DNA of 64,000 nucleotides. Origin: Rhodosorus marinus CCMP1338 (lineage: Eukaryota; Plantae; Rhodophyta). The position numbers and the translations under genes are program-made. Below the pieces are notes generated by a model. It had not been told where the DNA came from. It did no database searches and worked only from the letters and a program-made list of their open reading frames with translations. The stretch lies in the NCBI GenBank assembly GCA_029953675.1, contig JAMWBK010000012.1, positions 1,054,001-1,118,000 on the forward strand, read 5' to 3'. This document shows positions 10,701-20,575 of this stretch, one piece after another (the stretch's first letter is position 1; each line of letters begins with the position of its first letter).

Positions 10701-11599
10701 CGGACCTCGGTGGTCCCTACTTCTTCCCTCTGATATCCATGGACGAAATGTACATTGTTTACGACGGCGTCGCGGATCATGTGGAACCGGTCATAGACAT
10801 AACTCACAAAGGTACCGCGGGAGTTGTCCGGATGGCCGAGGGTAGCACAGAAGATGAGTTGTTCCTCATGAAGAGGTTCGCGCATGCAAATCGATCGAGT
10901 ACGTTCATGTACTTTGGTGATGGGCCTAACAACGATGAGCTGAGCATGAAGGCATGGATGAGGTCCGACTACATCAGACAGAAGGCGGCCTTCTCCCGAG
11001 AGAAGTTCATTGATATCAGCCCTTTCAGCAACTATTTGTTGGAGGGGAGGAGGCAGGATATCGACGGGATTACCAACATTCGAATTTACTTCACAGGGTC
11101 CTTCGTCAAGCCGAATACTGCACATACGCTGGATGCGACCGTGCCACTCATGTGCACCTCTTTCGACGACGGATCCGGACCTCCTTCGCCTACTGCATCG
11201 CCTGAACCGGAGTTGGCCTTAAGTTCAGACGATGCAACCCCCGCGAGTTGCGAGGAGCTCCAAATTTCATCCGAGCTTAGGGAAGTCTTTGTGGAAAGCC
11301 AGGGCATGGTTCTACAGTGCGAAATTACTGTGGAGATAAGCGACTCCGCCAGGAATCTCTCTTTGGCACTCCCGAAAGAGATGGAGATCTCGTGGGAGTG
11401 GCAACAGAAGAGCAAGCACATACTCTGGGACTGTCCAAATGGTCTTATGTTAGCCTCAAGCAAATATGAGGCTGTGTTTTCCTTCGGAAAGCAAACCCTT
11501 GCCAGCTCCGAAAAGGCCCAAGTCAACGCAGTTGATTCCAACTCATGCCCGGAGAACATCAGGATCATTAAGGTAAACTTTAAGGAGTGTCTTTACTAA
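7739..11599 (+). CDS. Large secreted protein (1286 aa): signal peptide, Gly-rich GxxG/collagen-like region, long helical/coiled-coil core, beta-rich C-terminal region
   Basis: Uninterrupted 3.86-kb ORF; hydrophobic N-terminus (VGTVALLAWLFVAVSA); GGTGGIGGAGGDGGDG-type tracts; function not established. Confidence 0.9.
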   Translation: MSYHKMPHFLKVGTVALLAWLFVAVSASDSDVCSGWGFSSTMCQMAQDVSANFVDGEPSKPFSIYAPFFYIIDLTDARTTTTDLFGTDREVIVHGYYIVIKGKAGVSAAMRGTNITIVATVTEIETDGDFEVNLSGTDTTKLPPQAPLKPDTADPKPANGPRHSASDRDGEVGENGIEGDVGVEGNVGGNFILATKYLNVASLQAGGYTMTIRTDGGTGGIGGAGGDGGDGQTGIPGVQCGLSATCFGSTCKNSWNRDCPSNLSGSWVTCTKYAPGAGGGGGNAANGGQGGPGGAPGSVHIYSNYAIGVNDNELSNDEAKNLFGHSSESGEGGVGGAPGKPGNGATQPLPCVSQEKGINYVFVNDYEYRTTSYNKVAERGAQGGEAEQGPVGEKPHNALDFSFRATIDAEVKEWEENTNESPQDWVYENAPQPEGYIDYGLQLSQSMLDVMQFNDDDKQNQNAYTLIVLTVSEMLANAQNQANVSSDESEKKRLTALASRAVGILQGANQVTTSSGRPLNEISTINFETLLDDLETQRELGAVLEDYYSHYRLAVDDAELSAALMGNATTNAHTGIQAQYRKQVAIMEDMLALNRSISEVDQAIGGIFLELTAQQELMDDCWVEVQKRAKFQRVMGFVMFGLSVFDIGFSLVKGLSKAGQWEKSETANEAMKYFYRGTQGWSSGKFQTWGQLFIDIEGFFPSAGETPDWSEYEISLEDIMADLYGLPGADPDDLADPLENIYDAEDYDDAVRLSEMMDVVDVNFNRQRIALDKQELNDFISYMKSYCHASAGDFIRTYNKMEMWANQKADLLALYSAYFSFLKEVTAQKLYLQNLVVELQLELQNNMVNPAAPAVKAAHASTYNILLQDFHRSLETVFLAREYLMMGSSSSLDMISLSNCRWETNLFDATSNLYFACSAGAIAELRKSLMRWYEETYTSHQQMEYGSYWGPFEINAQEVGVDVWNEFKETGILNFCVDPSHPAFNVLPDLGGPYFFPLISMDEMYIVYDGVADHVEPVIDITHKGTAGVVRMAEGSTEDELFLMKRFAHANRSSTFMYFGDGPNNDELSMKAWMRSDYIRQKAAFSREKFIDISPFSNYLLEGRRQDIDGITNIRIYFTGSFVKPNTAHTLDATVPLMCTSFDDGSGPPSPTASPEPELALSSDDATPASCEELQISSELREVFVESQGMVLQCEITVEISDSARNLSLALPKEMEISWEWQQKSKHILWDCPNGLMLASSKYEAVFSFGKQTLASSEKAQVNAVDSNSCPENIRIIKVNFKECLY

Positions 11600-11784
11600 C
11601 TGGGAATTTTGGAAGTATGAAGAAGGGGTTGGCACTCCCACCGAGGGCCGTCTACAGAAACAAATGCCAGTATAAGAAAGTATACCTATTATGATTTTTT
11701 ATCAAAACGTTGCAAAATATTTTGACTTTCCCTTCCATGACCTGAGCCAGGTTGGCCCTCCCCCCTTGAATAAAACTTTTTGTG

Positions 11785-12890
11785 CACATATGCTGAGCGT
11801 CTGGTGGCAGCGTCGGAGACGAGGAGATCTGCGATACAGCGGGGCAGCGCCGTGTCCGAGACCGATCTTGGCAGTTCCGATTCCACCAGAACCGTGTCCC
11901 CGACCCGAGTCAAACATTCGCTGAGGATGTACTACGAAGAGAGTGTGACGCCTCGTACGAAGACCACTCAACAGTCCGTATGAACCCAAGAAGTGGTTGC
12001 CACAAGCGTCAATCCGCCTCTCACATCCCTGACAGAAAGACGGCCGATTAGAGTGCCACGGAGCTTGTGGCAAACCCAGGTAGATCCGCGCTGCACAGCG
12101 AAACTGGAAGGGGCATCATTTGACGGTGACCCAGTGACGAAGTTAGAGTGGTCAACCACAAGTGCGATAGATGGCCTCCCATGCCACGGAGGCGAGCGGC
12201 ATGGGTAGGCGGTGTGAGGGGAGAGTTGAGCAAAATTGCTTGAGCGGCACTGTCTTGGCCCCAGGTGAGGCTATGTTGAATCACATCTGTGCGCGCGCTC
12301 CACAATCGACTCAGGCCCAGGCAATCTGGAACAGGTGACCCGGGGCTGGCTTCCCCTTCGTCTGCGAGTACTCTCTCGATGGGAGAGTCCTCGATGGCCT
12401 CAGTACGTCCCCCTAACAGCTCCCTCTAGGAGCGAAAACTCGATCGATTCTCGTCCGGCACGGCGTTGCACCTACTGAACGCCTGTTGCGGAGCATCATA
12501 GATACTCGAAAGCGTGGGAAGGGTCACGGGGTCCTCTGTAGTCAGTGCTCTAGCCAGAAGGCAGGCACTTCGCATCCGAAAGGTCACCAAGGTACGAAGC
12601 GCGGTGACCCAGGAGGCGACCGCCACAGGCGAGCATACGAGGCCTTGGTCTGCCACGCCAAATCCGCCTAATCGCAACGGTAGAGCGATCTGGGCACGAA
12701 TTAAGTCCCTGTCGGGAGCAGATTCAACATCCAGGGGTTCGATCCAAGAGCGTGCCCCCGTGTTTTAGCATGCTCTCGTCGGCCTTGGCTGCGATCCACG
12801 AGCCTCAACGTGGTAGAAGGCTGCGCAGCCAGTAATTCAGACGGGCACCGGCACAAAAGCGGGAAAGCAGGCATGCCGATTGCAGCATGC
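11785..12890 (-). mobile_element. Degenerate family-A fragment (RT thumb to start of RLE)
   Basis: CFCAGARLNYWLRS, LRLGGFGVAD, PWHSNRPSFCQGC, CIADLLVSDAA on the minus strand, with frameshifts. Confidence 0.85.
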
Positions 12891-12904
12891 GGGCGTGCTA
12901 GCCG

Positions 12905-13000
12905 CTCATATTTTACTGGCTTTATAAATAGCCTGATGCGCTACGACGTCCTGTGAGACCGTCCCTCTTCCCGGGAAAGACTGGCCATGCTCTCAGCGTA
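12905..13000 (-). mobile_element. Rearranged family-A 3' tip
   Basis: Reverse complement contains GCGTAGCGCATCAGGCTATTTATAAAGCCAGTAAAA and a TGCTGAGAGCATGGCCAGTCT-like segment. Confidence 0.55.
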
Positions 13001-13150
13001 CCGTTAGACGTGGTTGGAATAAAAGGACAGGCTAGAGGATCTACGACACTCGTACACGGGGTTTTGTTCACGGATAGAACAACCCCAAAATTCATTCATT
13101 ATTAAGGACGCATTATTATTTATTGAATGAAGCTGTTAATGTCCTAAAAA

Positions 13151-15763
13151 TCAGCGGAAAATGTCGTCAAAGACGTCGACAAAGTCATTCGCCACATCCT
13201 CTGCGCCATCCGCAAAGTCATTCGCTGCGTCCTCGACACCATCGGCAAAGTCATTCGCTGCGTCCTCGACACCATCGGCAAAGTCATTCGCTATGTCTTC
13301 TACATCCTCTGCAAAGTCGATCAGGTCCTCTATAGCATCCTCAGCGATTTTCGTGAGAACTTCCGTACATTGGGTAAGGGCTTCTTCGCTAGAGTCGATC
13401 GCTCCCTTCGCGAATGAGGCAATCTTCTCTCCAGTTTGAATGGCTGCAATACCGATCGGCGAGTCCGCTATGGCCACAAAGAAGTCTTCTGCCTTGCTGA
13501 TAATCCACCTGATCCCGTCCGCCACGGCGTCGATGATGGCCGTGAAGAACTGAGAGAGACCATCTACCTCCAGGTTGAACCCGAACTTGAGATGCACAAA
13601 GTCATACACAGCCGTCACAGTGATGGATACTCCAAGCTTGAAGGTAATGCTCAGACGAACTTCCTCCGTGTTGACGAGGAATCCGTATTTCATACCTGCG
13701 GAGTCTCCGGTGTCGATATTATCCAACAGCTCCGACGCCTTGGGAAGCCCCAAATCTGCAAGCCAACCGAGCTCGTCCAGAACTCCCTCGATGTCCTCAA
13801 GGAGCGCCTTGCCAACGTTGATGATCTGCGCAAGTATCGAAGAGTTGTCCTCGGCGTAGAGATAGATGCCAGCAGGAGCTACAGAGCCGTCAGACAGAGA
13901 CGTTTCATTCGTCGTCATAAACGCGGAGAATTGGCCGATCTCCATGTCCACCAAATCGGGAAGAACTCCATAGGTGATCTCGTTCAGTGTAAGGTCGTAC
14001 TTGAGCTCTCCAGTGACAAGCATCGAGAATCCAAGCGAGGCAGCGAAATCCAGAATGTCCTGGCCAGCTTCCTCAACGCTGCTCGCGCTGACAAGCTCGT
14101 TGAATACGGACGGGTCCGCCATAACCCGCACGGTTCTACGGAAATTCCCGTGGAGAGAAAAGACGTCCGGAAGGTAGAATTTATCTGCGCCGATGTCGAT
14201 CTCCACCTGATCAAAGTAGGTGCCTGGCATCTCGACCTGCGTCAGGCCATTCTTCGTGAAGATATCTGCCTTCTGAACGAAAGAGTTGGAGAGCGACATG
14301 CCCACTCCTACGCTATCGAGTCCCAGCTCCGCGGCCTTGGCGACGATGGAAGAGAGTCCTGCGGTGGATGCCAAAGCAGCACCGTTCCCAGCAATGCACG
14401 AGATTGTAGAAGAGCTCATGGTAAGGGCGAAGCTGGGAACACCATCTTCCATGCTGAAAGCTACGCACATCGACACGAGAGCCAGAGGATCGACTAGAGG
14501 GCATAATGCGGGAATGTTTGGGATACTGAAAGACATGAGAGACCACGTTCCATCATCTCCTAGGGGAAGAACATCACACCCAGTGCTGCCAAGTCCTTCG
14601 TCATGAGCCTCGGCAATGTCGACTCCCAAGAAATCTCCAAGACATACGGCGGCGTCCGTTACATCCGAGGTGCCCGTGAACGTGTCGAGCATCGTTGTGA
14701 TATCGTCAACGATCTTCTCTACTACAGCAGAGATCGTCGTCTTGATCGGTCCTGCGTTCCCGAGCATTGCTTCAACACCTTTCGGGAGCAAGTCACCCAG
14801 TTCCATGAGCGTTGCGCACTCTCCCTCCGAAGAAGAAGACGACGGCAAGCTTAGCTCCGAAAAAACTCCGGCGGGCGTACAGTTGGTCTCACAGATACTG
14901 CAGTTGCCGCTGAAGTCGATCTTTGCGGTTCCTTCATCTGTCAACGCCGTCCCAAACTCTTCGACGTCCACACACGCGCCGTTGCTCATGCACATGTTGG
15001 CGCTGCTACTACAACACGCACAGTCACCGTCGGCGTCAAAGTAAGCCGTCGCGAAGGCCCCGCATTCGCATACTTTACTTTCTTCAGTCACCGTCTCCTC
15101 CTCCTCGCTCTTGCAGCTAAGACCCATTTTGCACACCGCTACGTCAAACCACCACCACTTTCTGTCGAGCAAGAAATTCTCACAATCATCGTCCTCCCCA
15201 TTCGGTTCCATCATGGCCTTCGTGGTCTTTCTATTATCAACATCAACAACAGCATACGCCATGAGGTTCAGCTGGTCATCACAACAGAATCCATCGTCCG
15301 ATGGAATCTCATCGGGGCATATTTGAACGTTTAGGCTTTTCACTTTTCGATTTTTCTTCGATGACTCGGACTTGTGCGGCTTGTAACACCCTCTCCCCAC
15401 TGACCGTTTCTGCTTTCTCGATTCGACTTCAAGGTGATTCTTGCCTGGTCCATCAATCTCATGACCATACACAGCCGCTTTCACCCGCTTCAGCCGGACC
15501 TTCTCGTGAGTAGATTGGAAGCTCACGTTGACGCATTTTGCCCCGTCGTCGTTCACAATATTCTTAGTGCAGACAGTTCCTACGACGTATTTTTTTGTGC
15601 TCACCGTCAAATCACGACAAGTCTCCTCAAACTCAAAGGTAGGTGCAAGACTATCAGCAGAACAGTAGAGGGCGTGCTTGGGTTTTTGAATCGTAGGCAA
15701 TTCCCGCGCTACGATCTGCAGAGCGAGAACCACAAACAACCACACCATGTTGAAGCGTGCCAT
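13151..15763 (-). CDS. Secreted 870-aa protein: Cys-rich N-terminal domain (shared with the RTX protein), second Cys-rich segment, acidic beta/alpha body, C-terminal 11-mer acidic amphipathic repeats
   Basis: Uninterrupted ORF; MARFNMVWLFVVLALQIVA signal-peptide-like; C-terminal (FADGVEDAAND)n. Confidence 0.9.
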   Translation of the reverse strand: MARFNMVWLFVVLALQIVARELPTIQKPKHALYCSADSLAPTFEFEETCRDLTVSTKKYVVGTVCTKNIVNDDGAKCVNVSFQSTHEKVRLKRVKAAVYGHEIDGPGKNHLEVESRKQKRSVGRGCYKPHKSESSKKNRKVKSLNVQICPDEIPSDDGFCCDDQLNLMAYAVVDVDNRKTTKAMMEPNGEDDDCENFLLDRKWWWFDVAVCKMGLSCKSEEEETVTEESKVCECGAFATAYFDADGDCACCSSSANMCMSNGACVDVEEFGTALTDEGTAKIDFSGNCSICETNCTPAGVFSELSLPSSSSSEGECATLMELGDLLPKGVEAMLGNAGPIKTTISAVVEKIVDDITTMLDTFTGTSDVTDAAVCLGDFLGVDIAEAHDEGLGSTGCDVLPLGDDGTWSLMSFSIPNIPALCPLVDPLALVSMCVAFSMEDGVPSFALTMSSSTISCIAGNGAALASTAGLSSIVAKAAELGLDSVGVGMSLSNSFVQKADIFTKNGLTQVEMPGTYFDQVEIDIGADKFYLPDVFSLHGNFRRTVRVMADPSVFNELVSASSVEEAGQDILDFAASLGFSMLVTGELKYDLTLNEITYGVLPDLVDMEIGQFSAFMTTNETSLSDGSVAPAGIYLYAEDNSSILAQIINVGKALLEDIEGVLDELGWLADLGLPKASELLDNIDTGDSAGMKYGFLVNTEEVRLSITFKLGVSITVTAVYDFVHLKFGFNLEVDGLSQFFTAIIDAVADGIRWIISKAEDFFVAIADSPIGIAAIQTGEKIASFAKGAIDSSEEALTQCTEVLTKIAEDAIEDLIDFAEDVEDIANDFADGVEDAANDFADGVEDAANDFADGAEDVANDFVDVFDDIFR
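13180..13295 (-). repeat. 33-bp coding tandem repeat (11-aa unit)
   Basis: GCAAAGTCATTCGCTGCGTCCTCGACACCATCG, ~3.5 copies. Confidence 0.9.
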
Positions 15764-16197
15764 GATAATAATCCGTCGAGAAGTCTACGTCTAACCTTCA
15801 GCTTGGCCCTTGCCTGCGTCTAACCTTCAGCTTGTCCCCTCTGCAGTTCTCGCTAGATGAACGTACCCTCCTCATCGTCATTTTATTCTCCTCTCTCATC
15901 TCAAAGGAAAGAACGAAAAGAGTTGAGGAAGGAGGAAAAATGTATTGAAACACTTCTGCTCAATTTTCACACTCCAGGCGTTCGAATACGGCATCAATGA
16001 TGGCCAACATCGTTGGCCCTGCATTGCTCCACCAAAAAAAAGAAAGCATTCCTTGAGTTGTTTGTTTTTTTTGCCCTTAGTTTTGATTAACATTACACTC
16101 CAAAAGTCATAGTTCCCTTAGGGGTTCTAAGGATGAAGGATCCGAGATGTCGATAGCGCCGTACAAAAAGAAACTTTTGATTGTAAGCCAAAACTAA

Positions 16198-16240
16198 CCA
16201 CCACCACCACCACCACCACCACCACCACCATCGCCACCAT
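16198..16240. repeat. (CCA)n microsatellite
   Basis: ~11 perfect CCA units plus a degenerate tail. Confidence 0.95.
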
Positions 16241-17954
16241 CACAATTGTAAGAGCCAAGACCAAGAAAACAACAACATTGTAAGACAATGATCATTTCAG
16301 CTGAAACACTTCGCTCCCTTGATGAATGAATTGGTTTAATCCCTTGATGATACCCTTTTTGAAAAGCTGCGTTCTGTTTGCGTCTGTGCTACGGTGACTT
16401 TGTCTCAGACGTTCTTTCTGGTAATGGCTTAACGCAACATCCAAACTGGACACCGGCGACACTCGTCGCTACATTAAAAAACAGTTGCATCGCCTACATC
16501 CACAATTGGAGACTACCCCTGTAAACTATCAGTGTTGTGTAAAAACCATCAAGCGTAAGATTACGGCGTTCTTGGAGTGGAACGGCCTCGAGCATCAAAA
16601 AAAAAAGGAAAACGATCACAGCAGACTCCCAACGAGCTCCTAAAAACATCAACCCTCTGGTAGCTCGTTCTCGCCGCTGGATGCCGGAACGTCCATATTT
16701 CCAAACCCCAAAAAGCATTCCAAAACTCCAGCAGCAGGCGAGCGTTGATTTAAAAAGATTTCGAAATGGATATTGGAGTCGAGCACAGAGGATTTCATAG
16801 CAGATGTCGAAGCAGCAGCTAATAATAGAAGTCCTGTGGGCTGCTGGGCTTCCCGTTGATGCACAAGTCGAAAGATATGGCTTGGAAGGTTGTTTCGCTC
16901 ACAAGATCCGCAAAAAACCAGTTGATGTGTTGTCCGGGTAGAATACACCCTCCAATAAGGTTATGCAGGACAAAAAAAGAGAATAAACAATCTCTTGGGG
17001 GTCGAAGCAGCAGCCAATAGTAGGAATCTACCACCCTGTTTGTTGCATTGATGGACAGGTGTGGCTACCTGGGTGCGTCGCTTGCAAATTTAACAGATTC
17101 GTATTATAAACCCGGCAAAAAACCAGTTACTGTGTCCTCCTGGTTTCTGTCCAGGTTAGAACGGGCTCCAATGAAGTCGTAAAGAACACACAACTCGCAT
17201 AAATAATCTTCTTTGGGTCGTCATTCTCATGGACGTGTAATCTCCGTGAGTCTTGTACCCGGAACCGCTCGTCTATATCAACGGTCGGAGATTCCCCATA
17301 TGACCCACTGTTCATCGAAATGAGTCTTGAAGTTTGCAAAGCTTCTAGCGAGGAATTTCCAGGTTTGGATCAGGTGTAAACACAAAAGTAAGAAAAGGGA
17401 CCTGCACGAAAACAAAGAAAATCCTGGAAGCAGGGCTATGCCACCCCGAGAGGAAGCAAATGCCAAACATGGCGTAATACAAACTGAAACGGTTTACTCC
17501 AATTTTCTCTTCTATCGCTAGGGATGCGCAAGAAGAGCAAGGTAGGCCATGCTAAGGAGCGCGAGAAGACGCACTAAGGAAAGCACCTCCGCGTGTCCAT
17601 TGTGGTTGGATAGCGATCCAGTGTGGATCGCACTAAGCGCGCCTGGTCCAGAATGCTTCTATTCCAGCGCCAAGATCCTCACGGAACGAAAGAATCAAAT
17701 AGTTGGGTCTTTTATAGAACCGCAAGAGCCCATCGCCCCCGTCCTCCATGCTTTAGCTTTACTCGGAGTGAGCCATGAAATGAGCGGGTCTTAACGCGCA
17801 GTCGTCGCCAACTGAAAGTAAAAAGTACGGGAGATTCTCCTCGGTGCCTTTCTTCTGTAGACCGCCAATCGTGAGGTGCTTCCAGAACAGAATGTGCCAA
17901 AAAATGCAATTTTGCCCATCGCCGCACCTCTGATAATGTTCTATAATTCAACAT

Positions 17955-19100
17955 CGCTTTGATGTTGGAACGCCCTGACCGTCTTCAATCGTTGTTTACC
18001 CGCTTAAGTTTCCTGCTGTGGCGCATGAATGCCGCTTTGATGTTGGAGGCGCGAGTACTTCGCCGCGCTTAGTCTTTTTTTCCCCTCGGGGTTTTTTTTT
18101 TCAGCCTCCGATTAAACCATTCGTTCGTTCGATGTTGGAGGCGCGTGATCTTTGCTTTCGGCAACCTGTTTTTCCCCTCGGTTCTTTTTTTTTCAGTTTC
18201 CGAGTGTTAATAAAGCCAGTAAACTTATTCATTCAGTTCAATACAACCTCCAAATCCATTGGCCGGAAGTTTATTTGCCAAGAAACCACCGGGAAGCATC
18301 TTTGGCGTCCTACATAGTGCCTCTCGATGGTCCTCCATCTCGTAGAGGTACCAAGCGCAAACTAGTGAAACCTCGTGGTCACCTGTGACGATAGCTGACG
18401 TACGAAGGACGTTGATCTCGCAGTTCCTAATCCTCAGGCTAGTCGTTATTTGAGATGTCGCAAAAGCAGAGTCGAAACTGGGGCTTTGTCTTCTTCGGAT
18501 GTTCGGGCTTCGGCTCTAGCTCATCGTCTGGTACCTCCGGTCATTGAGAGCTTCGGGACTGTGGATTCCGTTGGCTCTCGTTGGCTTCGGGAATTGTTCC
18601 GCGAACGCCCTGACCGTCCCTCCCGTTGTTTTTGCGTTGAAGTTTCTTGCTGTGGCGTATGAACGCTGCTTTGATATTGGAGGCGCGCTATTTTCGATGC
18701 GCGTAGTACTTTTTTTTCCATCGAGGTTTTTTGCGTTCAGAGCCTAAATGCATACAACCATAGGGCCGCCTGGGCTTCGATGGTCTTCTCCCAAAGAGTT
18801 AAAATATGCGGGGGCCTTGTGTCTTCCCCAGGCACTCGTGCTTCGGCTCTAGCTCATTGCCTGGTACCTCTGATCATTGAGTGCTTTGGGTTTATGGATT
18901 ACGTTGGTTCTTGTTGGCCTGGGGAATTGTTCCGCGAACGCCCCTGCCCGTCTGTCCTGTTTGTTTACCCGTTTAAGTTTCTCGCTGTGGCGTATGAGCG
19001 CCACTTTGATGTTGGAAGCGCGATCTTCGCCGCGCTTAGTCCTTTTTTTCCCTTCGGGGTTTTTTTCTGTCAGCCTCCGATTAAAGCAATTCATTCAATT
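17955..19100 (+). mobile_element. Cluster of about four family-C 3'-end fragments in + orientation, including a nested 162-bp insertion (17969-18130)
   Basis: Repeated PDRL..LFTRLSFLLWRMNAAL-type segments and T-rich 3' UTRs ending in TTCG/ATTC tails; GATGTTGG TSD at 17961-17968 and 18131-18138. Confidence 0.85.
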
Positions 19101-19104
19101 CATT

Positions 19105-19160
19105 CTCCCTAGTCCCTAGTTTCCTTTTACGTCTTGCGTAGCGCATCAAGCTACGGTCGG
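19105..19160 (+). mobile_element. Older family-A 3' tip
   Basis: CCCTAGTCCCTAGTTTCCTTTTACGTCTTGCGTAGCGCATCAAGCTA, nearly the same as 2605-2650. Confidence 0.7.
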
Positions 19161-19317
19161 AAAACCGGCATAGGGTAATGCAGGAAATGAATTACCCACC
19201 CCCAGCCGGGGTTATATAGATGCCGCTCGGTAGATATAAAATTTTCACAGAACCGGGTGGTGGAATCACCCGTTTATTGCCCACTCCCTCAAAAACGCGT
19301 TACGCTGCCTTGTTCAT

Positions 19318-19940
19318 GTTGAATGAATTGGTTTAATCGAAGGCTGAAACAGAAAAACCCCGAGGAGAAAAAAAAAAGACCAAGCGCGGCGAAGATCGCA
19401 CGGCTCCAACATCGAACGAATGGTTTAATCGGAGGCTGAAAAAAAAACCCCGAGGGGAAAAAAAGACTAAGCGCGGCGAAGTACTCGCGCCTCCAACATC
19501 AAAGCGGCATTCATGCGCCACAGCAGGAAACTTAAGCGGGTAAACAACGATTGAAGACGGTCAGGGCGTTCGCGGAACAACTCCCGAAGCCAGCGAGAAC
19601 CAACAGAGTCCATGAACCCAAAGCACTCAATGATCAGGGGTACCAAGCGATGTGCTAGTGCCGAAGCACGAACACCAGGGGAAGACAAAGCCCCCGCGTA
19701 TTTGATCTCACATCAAAGCAGCGTTCATACGCCACAGGAAGAAACTTAAACGGGTAAACAATGAAGATAGACGGTGAGGGCGTTCGCGGAACAATTCCCC
19801 AGGCCGACGAGAACCAACGGAATCCATAAACCCAAAGCACTCAATGACCGGAGGTACCAGGCGATTAGCTAATGCCGAAGCACGAATGCCTGGGGGAGAC
19901 AGCGGCTCACCATATTTCAACTCTTTGCGACGTCTCATGT
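19318..19940 (-). mobile_element. Older family-C 3' fragment carrying a young 296-bp family-C insertion (19414-19709)
   Basis: 19414-19709 is essentially identical to 54313-54617; flanked by ACATC (19409-19413 and 19710-19714). Confidence 0.85.
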
Positions 19941-20249
19941 TAGAGCTGGAAGTTCTTACAGAGTTATAGAGACCCGTGGAGGCGCATCACAGTTCCCTTT
20001 TTTTCCGTACTCAAGAACCCATCTGATCATGGAGGAGCTGGCATATTATATACGCTACAATGGTCCTAGCTATAGGAGTAGCTGGTTCTAATCTAAGTCA
20101 ATAGCCCTAGACTAGCATGAGGTGCCTAGCTCACATATGGGGTTCCAACACTCCCCCGCTCCGAATACTTGTCCTGGCTATCTTCAACTGCTAATCCTTG
20201 ACTTGCATATCAGAACCTTGTATGTCTAGTAATACGGTTGCTTCTCCTT

Positions 20250-20575
20250 CTTCAGTGGTGGTTTTACTGGACTGTACTAGCAGTGGTTTTACTAGTGCGC
20301 GAGCTCCACAATCGGCTCAGGCCCGGGTAATCGGCAACCGGTGAGGGTGAAAGTGGCACTTAACCGGCGTAGGAGTCCCAGATATTCAAGAGGAAAACAC
20401 ACTTGGATCGATTCGTAAATAGTGAATGATGTTGGTCACGTGGAGAAGTCGGGTTTGGAGTGGTTGCGGAAATGTTTCACTGAGCATCCTGTTGAATACT
20501 TGGAACTTCTACGGCGCTTAAGTGTCTCTCTGTGGCGATATTCGAGTAGCATGCTTGCCGAGGCGCGCCATCGGC
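20250..20575. mobile_element. Scrambled family-A pieces: tail repeats plus an internal fragment (minus) and an RLE C-terminal fragment (plus)
   Basis: 20253-20340 is internal family-A sequence joined to AGTAAAACC tail units; 20440-20575 encodes GHVEKSGLEWLRKCFTEHP..ARHR. Confidence 0.7.

Noticed and set aside
13436-14497. 353-aa plus-strand ORF and other long antisense ORFs (e.g. 7886-8455, 39512-40228, 26868-27419)
   Set aside because: Shadows of real genes on the opposite strand with no recognisable motifs
16494-17800. Short ORFs in the 16.5-17.8 kb interval
   Set aside because: All under 100 aa with no motifs; may be pseudogene remnants, but unsupported
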